A stretch of 64,000 nt of DNA from Thermodesulfobacteriota bacterium (GTDB lineage: Bacteria > Desulfobacterota_D > UBA1144 > Nemesobacterales > CSP1-2): the NCBI GenBank assembly GCA_049682815.1, contig JBAUII010000011.1:14881-78880 (forward strand). Reading direction: 5' to 3'. The translations under genes were made by a program, and so were the position numbers. Below the pieces are notes generated by a model, which saw only the letters and a list, made by a program, of their open reading frames with translations, was not told the DNA's origin and did not search any database. Within the stretch, counting starts at the first letter, position 1, and every line of letters begins with the position of its first letter. Positions 60,450 through 64,000 of the stretch are shown here, piece by piece.

Positions 60450-61241
60450 TTAAGAGCCTTTAAAAACTGGTTTTCTCTTCTCTGCGAATGCCGTTTGACC
60501 CTCTTTATAATCAGAGCTAGATTGTACCTCAAGGATCATTTGCTTCAGGGTCTCCTCATCGGCCGAATCGAGCTTTTGATTCGTTTGCCATCTATTTATC
60601 GTGTACTTCATGGTTTTCATGGCGAGGGGCGCGTTCGAAGCAATCTCGTTTGCGAGCGAGTACGTGTGTTCTTCGAGCTCCGATGAAATCTTCACCTCGT
60701 TTACAAGTCCAATGTTTAATGCTTTATCTGCTTCAATTGGGTTCCCTATGAGGAACATTTCTTTTGTGTAGCCAATACCTATAAGGTTTAGAAATTTCCT
60801 GATTCCTGTATAGGTGTAAATTACTCCCAGTTTAGCTGGAGGCATCCCCAGCTTCGCGTCCTCGACACAGACCCTGTAGTCACAGGTGACGGCTAATTCC
60901 AGGCCAGCTCCAAAAGCATGGCCATTAATCATCGCAATAACAGGGTAGGGGAATCTCTCGATGCTTTTTCCGGCAATGATCAGCGGATGATCACCTTCAT
61001 AGTCTCGTATCATATCATTGTCACCTATTGCCGCAATATCGTATCCCGATGAAAATGCCTTGTCCCCAGCCCCGCGTATGACGACACATCTTACCTTCCC
61101 CTCATCAGCGAGTCTTTTTAGTTCCTCATGAATTTTCAAAAGCATCGTCGGTGTTAAGAGATTTCTTTTATCCGGTCGGTTAAAGGTTAAAGTACAGATC
61201 AAACCCTTTTCCTCTACAAGCAGGTCTGACGCTGAGGGCAT
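60450..61241 (-). CDS. enoyl-CoA hydratase/isomerase (crotonase) family protein
   Basis: Oxyanion-hole motifs RGAGDKAFSSGYD and INGHAFGAGLELA. Confidence 0.85.
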   Translation of the reverse strand: MPSASDLLVEEKGLICTLTFNRPDKRNLLTPTMLLKIHEELKRLADEGKVRCVVIRGAGDKAFSSGYDIAAIGDNDMIRDYEGDHPLIIAGKSIERFPYPVIAMINGHAFGAGLELAVTCDYRVCVEDAKLGMPPAKLGVIYTYTGIRKFLNLIGIGYTKEMFLIGNPIEADKALNIGLVNEVKISSELEEHTYSLANEIASNAPLAMKTMKYTINRWQTNQKLDSADEETLKQMILEVQSSSDYKEGQTAFAEKRKPVFKGS

Positions 61242-61700
61242 GATTTAGTCTCCTTGTTTGAGATAGGAATGTAGTTAGTATTGTTTCTTGATGGGCTTTG
61301 TCAAACTGTCGTCGCGGTTATCGATCCTATCCTTCCATATGGTCTCGATAAATGGTGACACTAGTTATTAGAGTCAGGTGATATTGATAATCGGTTAACT
61401 ATTCGAGCTAACCCAAGCAGAAATTGATAGTGATACTATACCTGGATATAGGCAAGTTAATTACTATCTTTCACTATCTATTTACAAAAAAGCGGGGGGA
61501 AAGATGATAATAGCCATAAAGATTGAGTACAAAGAAAAAAAAGTTAAAGATCAGTAATGAACAGTTCGTACAATGATCAGGGGGCATAAAATATTCCCTT
61601 TGTTTTTCATATAAGCAGAACATGTTTAACGGACTTTATTATTGGCGCATCAATCACCCCTATAACATATTTAATGTCTGGATATGTAATAAAATTCTTA

Positions 61701-62216
61701 TTACCCTATCCTGTTATCACTGCCGCTTTCATCCACTGAAGGATAAGTGGTATATTCACGGACACCTTCCATTAAGAATTCGCCTTCCACATAGGGGGCA
61801 TTCGCAATGCGCTTCTTAATCCGCCAGCCTTCTGATGCCCGGATCACTTCGTCCTCGTAGGCTCCAGAGACTATCCAGACGTTTTGAGAACCATCTTCTT
61901 TGACCTGGATATGAGTTGCAGTGACGTGGCTTCTGGATTCCGCAGTGTCTCCCCGGATATCGAGCACAGGGTTGCTGATCAGATGAGAAGTCCAATAGCA
62001 TTTCGTGAGAAACTTCTTGAACAGATTATCTGATTCTGACATCGGTAGTTTAATCAGCTCCTCACCGAGCAGGTACACTAGCTCTGCGTCCGGTGCAAAA
62101 ACCGTCTTGAGAAGATCGTATTTCTTTTCATCTAGCGCCTTACCGTAACGCTGAATAAGCTGATTGATCTCAAGGTGGTTTGAAATATCCTGTGTATTGT
62201 ACATAAGACCTCTCAA
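61701..62216 (-). CDS. SnoaL-like / NTF2-fold family protein
   Basis: About 170 aa with an alpha+beta cone-fold pattern (INQLIQRYGKALDEKKYDLLKTVFAPDAELVY...). The assignment is tentative. Confidence 0.45.
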   Translation of the reverse strand: MRGLMYNTQDISNHLEINQLIQRYGKALDEKKYDLLKTVFAPDAELVYLLGEELIKLPMSESDNLFKKFLTKCYWTSHLISNPVLDIRGDTAESRSHVTATHIQVKEDGSQNVWIVSGAYEDEVIRASEGWRIKKRIANAPYVEGEFLMEGVREYTTYPSVDESGSDNRIG

Positions 62217-62604
62217 TTTTAAGAGTTTTGTTTTATTAATTTTACCTAATGATTGAGTTTTCTTAATTTGTTGGGAAGTTATTTTAAAAATATTTTTATA
62301 ACTTCACAATTGGCCGGATAAATGGTTAGCGTCAAATATCTTTATAAACAAATGACAAGAAAACAATCTATTATAACGGTTTAGGATGGTAATAAACCTG
62401 AACAAATTATTTATTTCTAAAAGTGACATTTGTTTTTATAGAATTCTGCCCGTTTTAGTTACTTGGAGTTTGACACATGGTGAATGGATAAGCAGAGTTT
62501 AGGATGTTTGCTATTTTTTAAAATTTAATAGTTAATATTTTTTCTTGTCTTTAAACCGTTTTTAGCGGTTGTTGTCAGCATTTGTTGTTTTAGGGAGGGA
62601 TTCA

Positions 62605-63402
62605 ATGAAAGTTAAACACAAAGTAGCGATCGTTACCGGAGGGGGGACAGGCATAGGTCGAGCTACTGCGCTTTTGTTGGCCGAAGAAGGAGCTTATGTA
62701 GCCGTAGTTGGAAGGAGGGAAAGCAAACTTCTTGAGACCGTAAATGATATCAGGGAGCACGGTGGGAGCGCTCATCACATTCCGGGCGATATATCAAACG
62801 TATGTGAAACCGAGAGGATCGTTAAAGAGGCTGTAGAACAATTCGGCGGCCTTGATATTCTTGTAAACAATGCCGGTGTCTACAGGAGCCCAAAAATAAC
62901 TGAGACCACCGAGGATGATTATGATTACGTAATGGATATAAACCTTAAGGGTACGTTCTTTATGTGCAAGCACGCTGTTTCTGAAATGAGAAAGAGGGGT
63001 AGTGGGCCCATAATAAATGTGGGAAGCGCCCTCGGGATACAGGGATGGAAGGATGCATCTACATCGATCTATTCGGCGTCGAAAGGGGGAGTAGTTATGC
63101 TTACAAAGGTAATGGCCCTCGAGCTTGCGAAAGACCAAATCAGGGTGAACTGCGTATGTCCCGCCATTGTCGAAACGGAGGTATTTGAAACCCTGGGGAT
63201 CCCTAAGGACAAGATACCTGAGCGTTTGAAGCAGTGGAGTTCGTTTCACCCGCTTGGTAGAAACGGTCAGCCTGAAGAGGTTGCAAAAGCAGTTCTCTAT
63301 TTCGCATCAGATGATTCATCCTGGGCGACCGGCTCGGTATTCAATCTCGATGGTGGCGTAACCGCCGCACAGGTGATTCACACAAGATGGCAGCCAGACT
63401 AA
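62605..63402 (+). CDS. SDR-family oxidoreductase (classical short-chain dehydrogenase)
   Basis: TGGGTGIGRA cofactor motif, NNAG, and the catalytic YxxxK region (YSASKGGVVMLTK). The likely start is ATG at 62605, preceded by the RBS agggaggga; the track start at 62569 adds a non-conserved leader. Confidence 0.85.
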   Translation: MKVKHKVAIVTGGGTGIGRATALLLAEEGAYVAVVGRRESKLLETVNDIREHGGSAHHIPGDISNVCETERIVKEAVEQFGGLDILVNNAGVYRSPKITETTEDDYDYVMDINLKGTFFMCKHAVSEMRKRGSGPIINVGSALGIQGWKDASTSIYSASKGGVVMLTKVMALELAKDQIRVNCVCPAIVETEVFETLGIPKDKIPERLKQWSSFHPLGRNGQPEEVAKAVLYFASDDSSWATGSVFNLDGGVTAAQVIHTRWQPD

Positions 63403-63621
63403 AATAATCGGGGCTTTCTGGGACAGTGCTGCATCTTAGATCTAGGATGGCTTAGTTACTCGGTTTTTACACTTACACTAAAATCATCGAAGAGTTTATG
63501 GTCGGCAATACTCGCACGCAACTGTGCCTAACTTAATCATATTCACCAAGAACTAGAAAGCACTGGAGTAAATCAAGAATCTTTGTTAATATTGTTATTT
63601 ATTGATTAAGGAGAAGGAAAC

Positions 63622-64000
63622 ATGCCTGTGTTTGAGTATGAATGCGATAAATGCGTAGAGACGTACAATTCTGATATTTCTGATTTGGTAAAGAAATTAA
63701 ATAAGACAAATGCCTCAAAATTGCTGAAGCGAAATCCAGGTTTCAAGTATATCGAAGCCTCGGGCGGCAAAGACAACAAGTTACATTTTTCAGTTGGAGA
63801 AAGAGGAAAGCCCAGTACAAAGAGATTTCGTTATACACTTGATAAGGATAAAGTCTTGTATCTCGAGTTAAAGAATTATCGTTTCAGCGAGTTAATATAC
63901 AATAAAGAAGAGGAAAAGGATCTGAAGTGTCCGTTGTGTAACAAGGGCGAGAGCGTGAGAAGGGTTTTTTCAACGTTCAAGGCGATTTTTGATGATAAGA
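63622..64000 (+). CDS. FmdB-family zinc-ribbon protein, 3' end truncated by the window edge
   Basis: MPVFEYECDKC at the N-terminus and a second CPLCNKGES CxxC pair about 100 aa later. There is no stop codon before position 64000. Confidence 0.6.
   Translation, partial: MPVFEYECDKCVETYNSDISDLVKKLNKTNASKLLKRNPGFKYIEASGGKDNKLHFSVGERGKPSTKRFRYTLDKDKVLYLELKNYRFSELIYNKEEEKDLKCPLCNKGESVRRVFSTFKAIFDDK

Noticed and set aside
1-64000. CRISPR arrays, rRNA or tRNA genes, prophage or integrase genes
   Set aside because: I saw no regularly spaced direct repeats, no rRNA-like conserved blocks, no tRNA cloverleafs with a T-loop, and no integrase or recombinase ORFs. The only mobile-element trace is the truncated RAYT fragment.

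Overview
A ~64 kb chromosomal segment (about 40-42% GC) from a Gram-negative-type bacterium; TolC, sigma-54 and GldG-type ABC-2 transporters are present, and the lineage cannot be assigned from sequence alone. I call about 50 protein genes. The housekeeping backbone is hpf-rpoN, leuCD, eno, hemW, dprA, topA, recG, sucAB, aspS and era. Five accessory modules are interspersed with it. (1) A glycan-modification locus (two GT4 genes, sulfotransferase, SAM methyltransferase, PF01663 phosphodiesterase-like, HTTM/DCC membrane protein, F390-synthetase-like ligase) holds a complete nickel-pincer (NPN) cofactor set, larC-larB-larE, divergent from a LarA-family racemase/epimerase homolog that heads the glycan operon. 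(2) A TolC/membrane-fusion-protein/MacB-type ABC ATPase efflux module has no FtsX permease and carries a 530-nt GC-rich non-coding block between tolC and the adaptor gene. It is flanked by an FG-GAP lipoprotein and a transglutaminase-like/TPR protein. (3) A GldA/GldF/GldG-type ABC-2 transporter is followed by a DUF4340 gene. (4) A putrescine catabolism cluster (class-III aminotransferase, aldehyde dehydrogenase, potADBC) has a perfect palindrome upstream of potA. (5) Repeat and mobile relics: a GTAG-type REP doublet next to a truncated RAYT/IS200-like transposase fragment, a 26-nt palindrome present twice in the window, and an Avd-like four-helix-bundle gene (TIGR02436) inside a ~640 bp cassette bounded by long inverted repeats, resembling a 23S intervening-sequence (IVS) element outside an rRNA gene. 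I found no rRNA, tRNA or CRISPR array. All calls are from reading the sequence and from memory of protein families; no database search was run.
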